From assembly GCA_041694835.1 (NCBI GenBank), contig JBGFRZ010000069.1, positions 1 through 27,779 on the forward strand: DNA of 27,779 nt, given 5' to 3'. The DNA comes from Ignavibacteria bacterium. Lineage in GTDB: Bacteria; Elusimicrobiota; Endomicrobiia; PHAN01. Below the pieces are notes generated by a model. The model saw only the letters and a list, made by a program, of their open reading frames with translations. It was not told the DNA's origin and searched no databases. This document shows, in pieces, positions 1 to 8,049 of this stretch; within the stretch, counting starts at the first letter, position 1; each line of letters opens with the position of its first letter. A program made the position numbers and the translations under genes.

Positions 1-273
1 GCCTACAAGGAAAACATATCTGATTTGAGATACGGGCTGGATAATGTCCTGAAACTTCGACCAAGAGAGTTCGATATGAAGCAGGATAACTCACGCCAGA
101 TTGGGTTTATTGCTCAAGAGATAGAGAAAGTTATTCCAGAAGTTGTTTCGGGCCAAGAGGGACAAAAAGGGGTTGCTTACGGCAACATTACAGCGGTTTT
201 AGTCAGAGCGATTCAGGAGCAGCAGAAACAGATAGAAGGGTTAAAGGCAGAGATAAAGGCGATGAAGCAATAG
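1..273 (+). CDS. 3' end of a tail-fibre-domain protein (peptidase S74 / intramolecular chaperone domain plus terminal coiled coil); 5'-partial
   Basis: Frame is open from base 1: AYKENISDLRYGLDNVLKLRPREF...IGFIAQEIEKVIPEVV...VAYGNITAVLVRAIQEQQKQIE. The KENI, GFIAQE and AIQEQQ motifs are typical of S74 chaperone domains. Confidence 0.85.
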   Translation, partial: AYKENISDLRYGLDNVLKLRPREFDMKQDNSRQIGFIAQEIEKVIPEVVSGQEGQKGVAYGNITAVLVRAIQEQQKQIEGLKAEIKAMKQ

Positions 274-297
274 CGCTCAACCCTTGCACCGAGCCAA

Positions 298-341
298 TTC
301 CAATTGGGGACGGTCCTTCCAATTGGGGACGGTCCTCAATT
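298..341. repeat. Tandem 19-bp repeat (TTCCAATTGGGGACGGTCC x2) with a REP-like palindrome
   Basis: Exact copies at 298-316 and 317-335. AATTGGGGAC-G-GTCCTCAATT (321-341) is an inverted repeat with one mismatch. Confidence 0.8.
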
Positions 342-344
342 ATT

Positions 345-582
345 TGAATGGTGGATGGTGGAGAAACGGAGCAGTATCGCAGTAGAGCACAAGAGACAAG
401 TAATCGGTAATCAGTAATCAGTGAACGGTAAAAGACGGGTAATCGGCAATCAGTTGTCGGTTATCGGTGAACGGTGAATGACGAATGACGGATAACGAAT
501 AGCAGAAAAACGGATGCAAGATGCAGGATACAGGATGCAGGATGCAGACAAACCAGTAAGCAGAAACGAGCAACCAGAAGAA
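345..582. repeat. Mosaic of degenerate heptamer tandem repeats
   Basis: Successive runs of GGTAATC/AGTAATC, GGTGAAY, GAATGAC, GATGCAG/GATACAG and AACGAGC/AACCAGT units. Confidence 0.85.
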
Positions 583-987
583 TTAGGGGTTAAAAAGTTG
601 TAAAAACTTACGGGGCGTTATGATAGGAATTTTTCTGAATGATTTAAGCGATAACAAATCCTTGTCGCCTGTAACTATAAAGTCAACTTTTCCTACAACC
701 GCGCATTCTAATACAGGATTGTCTTTCGGGTCGCGGCAGACGGAAATTTTTTCAGCGGGGAAAACCGGTTCGCCGTTGGTTTCAATAAAAGTCAATATCC
801 TGTCAATTTGCGACTGGTTAAACTCAAATTCTTTCCGGGATAGGACAAATTTTAATTCGTTAAATAATACAAGAGAATACACTATTTTGAATTCTCCTAT
901 GATAAGCAGGTCGCATACTTTTATAGAAATCTCGCCGCCAAGAACAATACTTACAAAAACATTAGCGTCTATTACGACTTTTGGCAT
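583..987 (-). CDS. PIN-domain toxin (VapC-like putative TA toxin)
   Basis: N-terminal VVIDANVFVS, CRDPKDNPVLECA and IVTGDKDLL motifs; 134 aa. Confidence 0.9.
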   Translation of the reverse strand: MPKVVIDANVFVSIVLGGEISIKVCDLLIIGEFKIVYSLVLFNELKFVLSRKEFEFNQSQIDRILTFIETNGEPVFPAEKISVCRDPKDNPVLECAVVGKVDFIVTGDKDLLSLKSFRKIPIITPRKFLQLFNP

Positions 988-1195
988 AAAATTCTTCTCT
1001 TGCTTTTTCTACGATATTGTTAATCTGTTTGTAAGAAAGACCTTTTCGTTTAACAGTTTGACGAAATTTATTGACAGTATCCTTAAACTGAGCAGCAATA
1101 ATTTCTTTAGCAATCCGCCATTGTTCTCGATTATTCATTTTTTGAATTGCAGTTTCAATCTGCCGAGCATCAATTTCAATAGCGATTTTAGACAT
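962..1195 (-). CDS. Putative antitoxin for the PIN toxin
   Basis: 77 aa from ATG 1195, which follows GGAGGTGA (ORF track starts at GTG 1204). Lies upstream of and overlaps the toxin. Family not recognised. Confidence 0.7.
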   Translation of the reverse strand: MSKIAIEIDARQIETAIQKMNNREQWRIAKEIIAAQFKDTVNKFRQTVKRKGLSYKQINNIVEKAREEFYAKSRNRR

Positions 1196-1197
1196 AT

Positions 1198-1289
1198 TTA
1201 TCACCTCCGGAATGATTATAGCAAAAATAAAAAGCGAATGGCAAGTAGCCGAATGAAAGTTGAGAGTTTAGAGAGATAAAAGCAAATAG
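1198..1289 (-). promoter_or_regulatory. sigma70-type promoter and RBS of the antitoxin-PIN operon (leader copy 1)
   Basis: Minus strand: TTGCCA (1244-1239), 18 bp, TATAAT (1220-1215) with an extended TG, then GGAGGTGA. Near-identical to 1872-1961. Confidence 0.75.
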
Positions 1290-1447
1290 TGAATAGCGAA
1301 TAGTGAATTATGAATGACAAATAGGGGATAGGGAATAGGCAGTAGGCAATATTTAAAAAGAGAATGACGGATGACGAATTCGGAGCATTTTTCAGGTAAA
1401 GGGGAGTAGCGAATAGATAAATTCAAAAAATTCAGATGAATGGAATT

Positions 1448-1660
1448 TTACACCAAATCCTTAAATTCTTCAATAGTCAATCCGGCATCGTTGATTATGC
1501 CTTTGAGTGTCCATGGGTCAACCGGGTCATTACGTGGGATTGTTAGCATTATCTGACCGTTCCACATAGAGATGTGTTTGCCTTGTCTTACAATACGAAA
1601 TCCCGCTTTCTCAAATGCTCTCACAACACGTTTATGCGGCAGGGTTGGCGGACGATGCAT
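1448..1660 (-). CDS. hicA: HicA family toxin
   Basis: RAFEKAGFRIVRQGKHISM...TLKGIINDAGLTIEEF with the conserved His. Probable ATG at 1660 (ORF track: TTG 1675). Confidence 0.88.
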   Translation of the reverse strand: MHRPPTLPHKRVVRAFEKAGFRIVRQGKHISMWNGQIMLTIPRNDPVDPWTLKGIINDAGLTIEEFKDLV

Positions 1661-1664
1661 ATGG

Positions 1665-1868
1665 TTATCTTGCAATTACAAGTTCATGGACGTCTTTTTT
1701 GCGGAGTACATCTTGAAGGGAATCCAAATAAGTTTGAATTGCATCCTTTATATTTTCTAAAGCCTCTTTTTTGGTGCGGCCTTGGCTCCAGCACCCTCTT
1801 AATTCGGGACAATGAACAGAATAACCCATTTCCGTTTTTTCAAGGATGACATGATATGTTATGTTCAT
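1665..1868 (-). CDS. hicB: Short HicB family antitoxin (no C-terminal DNA-binding domain)
   Basis: GYSVHCPELRGCWSQGRTKKEALENIKDAI motif; 67 aa; GGAGG RBS upstream. Confidence 0.9.
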   Translation of the reverse strand: MNITYHVILEKTEMGYSVHCPELRGCWSQGRTKKEALENIKDAIQTYLDSLQDVLRKKDVHELVIAR

Positions 1869-1871
1869 TGG

Positions 1872-1961
1872 TTATCACCTCCGGAATGATTATAGCAAAA
1901 ATAAAAAGCGAATAGCAAGTAGCCGAATGAAAGTTGAGAGTTTAGAGATAAAAGCAAATAG
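1872..1961 (-). promoter_or_regulatory. sigma70-type promoter and RBS of hicBA (leader copy 2)
   Basis: Minus strand TTGCTA-18 bp-TATAAT (extended TG) and GGAGGTGA. Differs from copy 1 by one substitution and a 2-bp indel. Confidence 0.75.
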
Positions 1962-2068
1962 CAAATAGCAAATAGTGAATAGTAAAGGTAGAAAGGTAGA
2001 GGGGTAGAGAGGCAGAAGGGTAGCGTTCCGACGTCGGGACGATAGACGATAAACGATAGACGATAAAC
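1930..2068. repeat. Composite heptamer/octamer repeat block
   Basis: AGTTGAG/AGTTTAG, (GCAAATA)x3 GTGAATA, AGGTAGAR-type octamers, TCCGACGTCGGGA hairpin, (ACGATAR)x4. Confidence 0.8.
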
Positions 2069-2085
2069 CGGCATAATATAACAAA

Positions 2086-3516
2086 ATGAAAATAAAATAC
2101 AAACTCTCGCTTGTGATTGTGGGCTTAATGGTTTTAGTCGTCTTTGCCGTAGCTTTTTCGATATATATTTTCGAAAGGCGGGCGCTGCTTGATGGCATTA
2201 AGCAAGAACAAGAAACAACAATGAAACATTTTTCAATGATTGCAAGAGACGCGATAATTATGAGAGACGACCTGTTATTGATAAACTACACGAATCTTAT
2301 AAAAAGAACGAGTCCTTTCGTGGATTTTGCGGCATGCGTAAACAAAAAAGGAATTTTTATCTCGCACACCACCCCTGAACTTTTACATTCGGAAGCCGAC
2401 GACTTAGCATCGAAGGATGTCATAATCAGCGAACATAAGATCTTGGAAGGAACCGGAAAAGAATCTGTCTGCGTTATCGGGTTCTCAAAGGGAAAAATAG
2501 AAACCTCGATAAATAACTCGCTCAGAAAAATAAGAAACAGGGTGTATGTTGTATCTTTTTTTGGCGTGCTCTTGGGGCTTACAGGCGCTCTTTGGCTGAG
2601 TCATTCTTTGACGTCGCCGCTTTACAAATTAGTCGTTGGCGCCCAAAAAATCGGGGGCGGGGATTTAACCTATCATATAAAGTATGAAGGCAAAGATGAA
2701 ATAGCCGTCCTGTCGAAAGAATTCAACAAAATGGCGGACAAATTGAAGGAGTTGGACGACTTAAAAAGGGATTTTGTGGCGTCCGTAACGCACGAACTTC
2801 GGTCGCCATTGGCGGCGATTCAGAGTTATGTGTCGCTTATGATTGAGAAAAAAAATTTTTCGGCGGAAGTTATTGAAGACAACATGAACAGAATCAAAAA
2901 TAACACTCTGCGTCTGGGCCGCTTTATCAACGACCTTTTGGATGTGGCAAAAATAGAGGCGGGCAAGTTGGATATTGTTCCGGTGAAAGTGGATTTAAGC
3001 AAGAGTATTTTGGAAATGCTCGATTTATTTAAAGCGGCGGCGCTTGAGAAAAAAATCAATCTGTCCTATAAAACGACCGACGGTGATGGTTTATATGTGC
3101 GCGCCGACGAAGACCGCTTGAAACAAGTGCTTACAAATCTCCTTAACAATGCTTTGAAGTTCACTCCGGAAGGCGGAGAAATCACAGTGAGAGTAAATAG
3201 CGAACAGCAAATAGTGAATAGTGAAAAAGTGAATCAGCCAATTACTCAATCGCTCAATCGCTCAATCACTCAATCGCCGTTTGTAATAGTTTCCGTCACT
3301 GATACGGGTGTCGGCATTCCGCGGGAGTCACTTGGAAGGATATTTTCCAAATTTGAACAGGTCCAAGAAGTCCGAGACAAAGTCAAAGGCGCAAAAGGGA
3401 CGGGTCTCGGTTTGACTATCGCAAAAGCCATTGTGGAACTTCACGGCGGAAAAATCTGGGTTGAAAGCGAACCAAACAAAGGAACGACTTTTTTCTTCAC
3501 TCTGCCCGTTTTTTAA
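2086..3516 (+). CDS. Membrane sensor histidine kinase (2 TM, HAMP, HisKA, HATPase_c)
   Basis: H-box VTHELRSPL, N-box QVLTNLLNNALKFT, G1 DTGVGI, G2 GTGLGL; HAMP DEIAVLSKEFNKMA. Confidence 0.95.
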   Translation: MKIKYKLSLVIVGLMVLVVFAVAFSIYIFERRALLDGIKQEQETTMKHFSMIARDAIIMRDDLLLINYTNLIKRTSPFVDFAACVNKKGIFISHTTPELLHSEADDLASKDVIISEHKILEGTGKESVCVIGFSKGKIETSINNSLRKIRNRVYVVSFFGVLLGLTGALWLSHSLTSPLYKLVVGAQKIGGGDLTYHIKYEGKDEIAVLSKEFNKMADKLKELDDLKRDFVASVTHELRSPLAAIQSYVSLMIEKKNFSAEVIEDNMNRIKNNTLRLGRFINDLLDVAKIEAGKLDIVPVKVDLSKSILEMLDLFKAAALEKKINLSYKTTDGDGLYVRADEDRLKQVLTNLLNNALKFTPEGGEITVRVNSEQQIVNSEKVNQPITQSLNRSITQSPFVIVSVTDTGVGIPRESLGRIFSKFEQVQEVRDKVKGAKGTGLGLTIAKAIVELHGGKIWVESEPNKGTTFFFTLPVF

Positions 3517-3582
3517 AATTTGGAATTTTACTAAAAAATTTGATAATATAAAACAGGTTGATAGGTTAATAAGTGGATAGTG

Positions 3583-3724
3583 GATAACAAAAAGTAGATG
3601 GTAGCGAGTAGATGGGGAATAAAAAAGTTGTAGTTCCCCCTATCTACTATCTACCCGCTACTCGCTACTACGCTACCACGAGCCACTAACCACTAACCAC
3701 TGCCGTTGACAGAGGGAATAGGAG
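3583..3724. repeat. Hairpin-forming leader repeat, copy 1 (copy 2 at 5612-5746)
   Basis: GTAGATG/GTAGCGA heptamers, then AAAAAAGTTGTAGTTCCCCC, then reverse-complement heptamers (CTATCTA/CTCGCTA), ending GTTGACAGAGGG..ATAGGAG. Confidence 0.85.
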
Positions 3725-3729
3725 AGTTG

Positions 3730-4173
3730 ATGGAATTCATCGGTTTAGGGCTTGGTGTGTTGAGTTTGGTATTCGGCGATGTGGCTTTTAGATGGACGGC
3801 CGGATTAAGCAAAAGAACGGATAATTTGGTTGCCGTTCTACACAAAGAAACGGTAGAATCCATTGAGGGCGAGGACGCTCGCGCAAAAGAGTTAATCCGT
3901 GAAATGAAGGAAGGCACCCAGCAACTCATCAAGGAAAGCAGCGAAAAAACCCAGCAACTTATCGAAGATGGAAATAAACGTGCAGAAGAAAGCAGAAAAG
4001 AGTTTCTCGAAAACATGGAAAGAGGCAGACAAGAATTTCGAGCGACTATGGAAAGAAGCAGACAAGAATTTCTTGAAAGCATGGAAAGAAGCAGACAGGA
4101 ATTCCGTGAGTTGCTAAACAGGATGGACTTGCGCTGGGCTGAAAAAAGCGGTTATATAGTGAAGGAAAAATAA
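3730..4173 (+). CDS. Hypothetical membrane-anchored coiled-coil protein with 11-aa repeats
   Basis: ATG 3730 follows AGGAG. Hydrophobic N-terminus, then (S/G)RQEFxxxMER repeats encoded by 33-bp units at 3991-4104. Confidence 0.75.
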   Translation: MEFIGLGLGVLSLVFGDVAFRWTAGLSKRTDNLVAVLHKETVESIEGEDARAKELIREMKEGTQQLIKESSEKTQQLIEDGNKRAEESRKEFLENMERGRQEFRATMERSRQEFLESMERSRQEFRELLNRMDLRWAEKSGYIVKEK

Positions 4174-4265
4174 GATTCTCGTAGATGATGGTTGCCGATT
4201 ACTGCATACATGATGGCGCGCCCCAAATCATCGAAATAGGCAAATCATCGAATAGAGCACTCGCT

Positions 4266-4649
4266 ATGCGTAAAAAAATTCTTGTCGTCGACGACGAAGA
4301 AGATTATTTGAATATCCTGGCTCTCCTTTTAACCGCCGAAGGTTTTGAGGTCGGCACCGCCTCCGACGGTCAAGAGGGGCTGGATAAACTAAAATTGTCC
4401 AACTTCGATCTTGCCATAGTCGATATAAATATGCCACGAATGGACGGGTACGCTTTGTGCAAGGAAATTCGCAAGGACGAATCGTTGGAAAATTTGCCGG
4501 TGATTATGCTCACGGTAAGAAGCAAGGATGAAGAGCAAATATGGGGATTCGATTCGGGCACCGACGATTACTTGACCAAGCCGTTTGAACCGAGCGTTCT
4601 TGTCGCCAAAGTGAAGTCAGTTCTGCGGCGCGCTTATGATAGCGGATAG
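4266..4649 (+). CDS. Single-domain response regulator (receiver)
   Basis: ILVVDDE, DLAIVDINMPRMDG, VIMLT, DDYLTKPF. Start inferred at ATG 4266 (ORF open from 4185). Confidence 0.92.
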   Translation: MRKKILVVDDEEDYLNILALLLTAEGFEVGTASDGQEGLDKLKLSNFDLAIVDINMPRMDGYALCKEIRKDESLENLPVIMLTVRSKDEEQIWGFDSGTDDYLTKPFEPSVLVAKVKSVLRRAYDSG

Positions 4650-4782
4650 CGAATAGCAGATAGTTTAGAAATAAAGGTAAATGGCGAATAGTGAATAGTA
4701 AAGGTAGAAGGGTAGAAGGTAGAAGTCGCAAATTTTAATTTGCGGCGGCCAGTGTATGCACTGGATAATTGAAAGGAAAATT

Positions 4783-5562
4783 GTGAAACGAAAAATGAAA
4801 ATTAGTGTAGTTAGGTTTTTGTTTTTTAGTGCGGCGTTGTCGAGCGGTTTTTTGAGCCATCTTAACGCGCAAAGTGCGGCGGATCCTTTGATACAAATCT
4901 CCGTGGAAGTCGTGGAGGTCAACAACAGAAAAGCCCGGGAAGCGGGTATCAAGTGGACCGACGAAATAAAAACAGGGGAGGTTAGTTGGAGAGTGGCCGC
5001 CCGGGCTCCAGAATTTTTGCCGGAAATACCTTCTATTATGCAAGGAGGCGATTGGGCGAGATATACTCCATTTACCGCCAATTTCAGGATGCTTCTTGAA
5101 AAAGGCGCCGCAAGAATAATGTCCAAACCGCGGTTGGTGACAAGAAGTGGCACTGAAGCAAGGGTATTGGTGGGCGGTAAATATCCGATTGTAGCCGCGG
5201 GCGTCGGCGGCGGGAGCGTTGAATGGAAAGAATATGGGATAAGACTTCAAATTCAACCGCGTTCGTTGCCGGATAAAAGAATCTCGGCCGTTTTAACAGC
5301 GGAAGTCAGCCGTCTCGATTGGGCGAACAAGGTCGGGGTTTATCCGGCCGTCGCTACTCGCACGGCGACGTCCGAAATCATCGTTAAAAGCGGAGACACA
5401 ATTACAATCGCCGGCTTGACGGAAAACGTAAAAGAAGAAAAAGTTGTCGGTGTTCCATTGCTTATGGACATACCGCTGCTTGGCACTTTGTTTAGGGTAA
5501 ATACATTTGTCGAGGCGGAAAATACCGTCGTTATATTCGTGACGCCGTCTTTGTTGGAATAA
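4783..5562 (+). CDS. cpaC: Secretin, RcpA/CpaC-like, essentially the secretin domain only
   Basis: Signal peptide; IMSKPRLVTRSGTEARVLVGGKYP, VEWKEYGIRLQIQP, SGDTITIAGL, GVPLLMDIPLLGTLF, VIFVTP. GTG 4783 follows AAAGGA (alternative ATG 4795). Confidence 0.85.
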   Translation: MKRKMKISVVRFLFFSAALSSGFLSHLNAQSAADPLIQISVEVVEVNNRKAREAGIKWTDEIKTGEVSWRVAARAPEFLPEIPSIMQGGDWARYTPFTANFRMLLEKGAARIMSKPRLVTRSGTEARVLVGGKYPIVAAGVGGGSVEWKEYGIRLQIQPRSLPDKRISAVLTAEVSRLDWANKVGVYPAVATRTATSEIIVKSGDTITIAGLTENVKEEKVVGVPLLMDIPLLGTLFRVNTFVEAENTVVIFVTPSLLE

Positions 5563-5611
5563 AATAACGACATAGCAGCTATGATAGGGTATAGGGTGTA
5601 GGGGATAGGTT

Positions 5612-5746
5612 GATAACAAAAAGTAGATGGTAGATGGTAGCGAGTAGATAGGGGGATAAAAAAGTTGTAGTTCCCCCTATCTACTATCTACCCGCCACTC
5701 GCTACTACTAACTAACCACTGTCGTTGACAGAGGGGTAGATAGGAG
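5612..5746. repeat. Hairpin-forming leader repeat, copy 2
   Basis: Near-identical to 3583-3724 apart from heptamer copy number and a few substitutions; ends at the AGGAG RBS of the lipoprotein gene. Confidence 0.85.
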
Positions 5747-5750
5747 CAAT

Positions 5751-6197
5751 ATGATAGAATTTAGAGCATACAGACAATATCTCAAGGCCTTTAATGGCGC
5801 AAAGTTGTTTCTTTTGCTGTGTATCTTATCGTTTTATTCATGCGACCGCATCCCCTTTGTAACTACGGTAGAGTTTCGTGGGAAGGTTTACTATGGCCGC
5901 GAGACGGCCGACGGGAAGGTGGTGGTTCTTGGCCCCTTGTCAAATGCCAGTGTTGTTCTTATCGGGAGTGGCTTCCGGACAACCACAGACGCAAAAGGCA
6001 AATACACTTTGGAGGCAAATGTCCCACGAAGATTCAATACACCTTCATACGAAATTTACACACTGGAAGCGTCGGGCACATCTGACCCGCATATATATCC
6101 TGAGGGCAATTATATATCCGCCCAGATAGATGTCGACGGGCGTCCGGGCGATGTCATACATGTCAGGGATTTTTTGCTCTATAGACACAAAAAATAA
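5751..6197 (+). CDS. Putative lipoprotein with a carboxypeptidase-regulatory-like beta-sandwich
   Basis: Hydrophobic stretch ending FYSC (lipobox-like); GPLSNASVVL...TTTDAKGKYTL motif. Confidence 0.65.
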   Translation: MIEFRAYRQYLKAFNGAKLFLLLCILSFYSCDRIPFVTTVEFRGKVYYGRETADGKVVVLGPLSNASVVLIGSGFRTTTDAKGKYTLEANVPRRFNTPSYEIYTLEASGTSDPHIYPEGNYISAQIDVDGRPGDVIHVRDFLLYRHKK

Positions 6198-6228
6198 AGG
6201 TAGAAAGATAGAGAGGTAGAAGGGCAGA

Positions 6229-8049
6229 ATGGGAACAATTTCAAAAATATCTTTGATTCTCATAATGGTCGTATCTTTCGGCGCTGCGGCGGAGATAGAA
6301 AGCGTCAAGTTCGAACCCGCTACGCAATCGAATGTTATAAGAATATTCACCGAGCCGCTGCCACAAGGGGCGACGTCGGTAACTTATCGCGTTTGGTTTT
6401 CGTCGGGGAATATCAACTCAAGAAACAATTGGTTGCCGCTTCCTGACACAGGCAACACCACTTTGAAACATTATATCGGTGACCGGCTCGGCGATTTTAG
6501 ATACATCGCTCAGCACAGTTATGATAACGGCCTCTCTTGGCTTCCGCCATGGACGGGAACGACGGGAATCGACCCACCGCCCGCATCCGTTTCCGTGAGC
6601 CCATACATCCACAGCATACAAAGGGGCCCAAGAACCGACTTGGAAAATGAAGAGTCGCAACTTGGCATGGGACCTTCATGGTTTTTTAGATATCAACTCT
6701 TTGACGACTCTTATGTCAGCATACAAATCTATCCTGTTTGCTCGTCCGTCACATGGAGAACGCCTTTTGGATTTCCGGGCGGCATATCTACCACCACCGT
6801 TGTCAGAACACTGGTTCATAAAGTTCCAAGAAGCGGAGAAATGGCTGGTTCTACCTGGTGGAATACCGACGAGTGGGATTGCCGCGACAACGCGGGCAAT
6901 ATCGTTCTAAATGGCATATACATCGTCTCTATAGACGCGTACGATAAACATTGGCGTCCTTTTGACCCAACGGATACAAATCCCCCGGTTCCTGTCACGG
7001 GCGACCCGTTGCCAAGGACGGGCCGTCGCGGGAACGCATGGTTCAGCGTGCCCGTAAATGTCTTAAGAATAATGAATCTCTTTGCCAATCCCATCGTGGA
7101 CCATGTTGGGCTTAAGACATTTACTTATCGTCTTACGGGAGCGTCAAACGTCCGGATAAGAGTTTACAGGGATGCACCGACATTTTCGGTGGCGGTGGAT
7201 TCAAATACCGCCAGTCCGACTTACGGCGAACCGATACCTTCCGATTGGTCAAAACTCGTCAGGACACTGAATTTTTTCCGTTCCGCCGGCAAATGGGAAG
7301 AGCAGTGGGACGGGCGGGACGCGAACGGCAATCCGTTGCCCGACGGTATTTACACTTATTCCATATCGGCCATAAATGACTACAAACGAATCGCGACCGA
7401 TATGTTCGGCAATGACAGACCGATATTCGGAAATGTGACTATAATGAGAACCGCTCCGCCGTCAAACGTCGAAGGGGGAGCGACCGTCGGTTCAGGCAAT
7501 ATTGTACTTGGGACTTATTCGCCCGCCCGCGGCGCCGTTGTCAGAAGCGGGGTCTCAAGCGTCATCGTTGGCGTTGAGGCGTCAAAACTTGGAATATCCG
7601 CAAGCAATTCTTACATGAATATCACAAAACCAAACGGCGCGACGGTAAAGGGTTCAATATTTGTCACAGATAATTCAGTCGTGGCGAGAGTGCCAGTATT
7701 GACCGAGCCGGGCGTCTATACGGCAGACTTGAAAATCGCCAGTTTAAATAACCGCAACTGGTGGGTTGAGAGATTCTCATTTACGATAGAAAGTCCGCCC
7801 CTCAGTTTTTCGGAAAAAGTTTACGCCTATCCCAACCCCGCCAGAGATGTGGTCAGATTTAATTTACCAGTCAATTTCTCGAAAGGAGAAATCATGATAC
7901 GAAATATTGCCGGAGACCTCATAAAAGAAGATACACTCCACTCATCCGCGCACACTTGGGATTCCAGCGCTCTCGGCAACGGATTGTATTTCTATACCAT
8001 TGAAATTGACGGCGAAAAAGTAACCAAGCCCTTAATAATAGCAAGATAG
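6229..8049 (+). CDS. Secreted Ig-like protein with two FlgD-Ig-type domains and a T9SS type-A-like C-terminal domain
   Basis: Signal peptide; WDCRDNAGNIVLNGIY and WDGRDANGNPLPDGIYTY; C-terminal VYAYPNPA...GNGLYFYTI...KPLIIAR. Confidence 0.8.
   Translation: MGTISKISLILIMVVSFGAAAEIESVKFEPATQSNVIRIFTEPLPQGATSVTYRVWFSSGNINSRNNWLPLPDTGNTTLKHYIGDRLGDFRYIAQHSYDNGLSWLPPWTGTTGIDPPPASVSVSPYIHSIQRGPRTDLENEESQLGMGPSWFFRYQLFDDSYVSIQIYPVCSSVTWRTPFGFPGGISTTTVVRTLVHKVPRSGEMAGSTWWNTDEWDCRDNAGNIVLNGIYIVSIDAYDKHWRPFDPTDTNPPVPVTGDPLPRTGRRGNAWFSVPVNVLRIMNLFANPIVDHVGLKTFTYRLTGASNVRIRVYRDAPTFSVAVDSNTASPTYGEPIPSDWSKLVRTLNFFRSAGKWEEQWDGRDANGNPLPDGIYTYSISAINDYKRIATDMFGNDRPIFGNVTIMRTAPPSNVEGGATVGSGNIVLGTYSPARGAVVRSGVSSVIVGVEASKLGISASNSYMNITKPNGATVKGSIFVTDNSVVARVPVLTEPGVYTADLKIASLNNRNWWVERFSFTIESPPLSFSEKVYAYPNPARDVVRFNLPVNFSKGEIMIRNIAGDLIKEDTLHSSAHTWDSSALGNGLYFYTIEIDGEKVTKPLIIAR

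Noticed and set aside
1-273. Prophage
   Set aside because: Only an S74-type domain; no integrase, terminase, capsid or other phage genes in the window, and the domain also occurs in cellular proteins.
298-582. CRISPR array
   Set aside because: Repeats are contiguous 7-19-bp units without unique ~30-40-bp spacers, and no cas genes are present.
620-2198. ORFs 620-1279(+), 1572-1760(+), 1574-1849(+), 1865-2074(-), 1890-2198(-)
   Set aside because: Antisense shadows of the TA genes or translations of heptamer repeats; no recognisable motifs.
3706-3711. TTGACA as a -35 box in the duplicated leader (also 5725-5730)
   Set aside because: No properly spaced -10 box, and too close to the start codons to drive those genes.
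1198-5746. Diversity-generating retroelement TR/VR pairs among the duplicated segments
   Set aside because: The copies are intergenic, differences are mainly indels rather than adenine-specific substitutions, and there is no reverse transcriptase.
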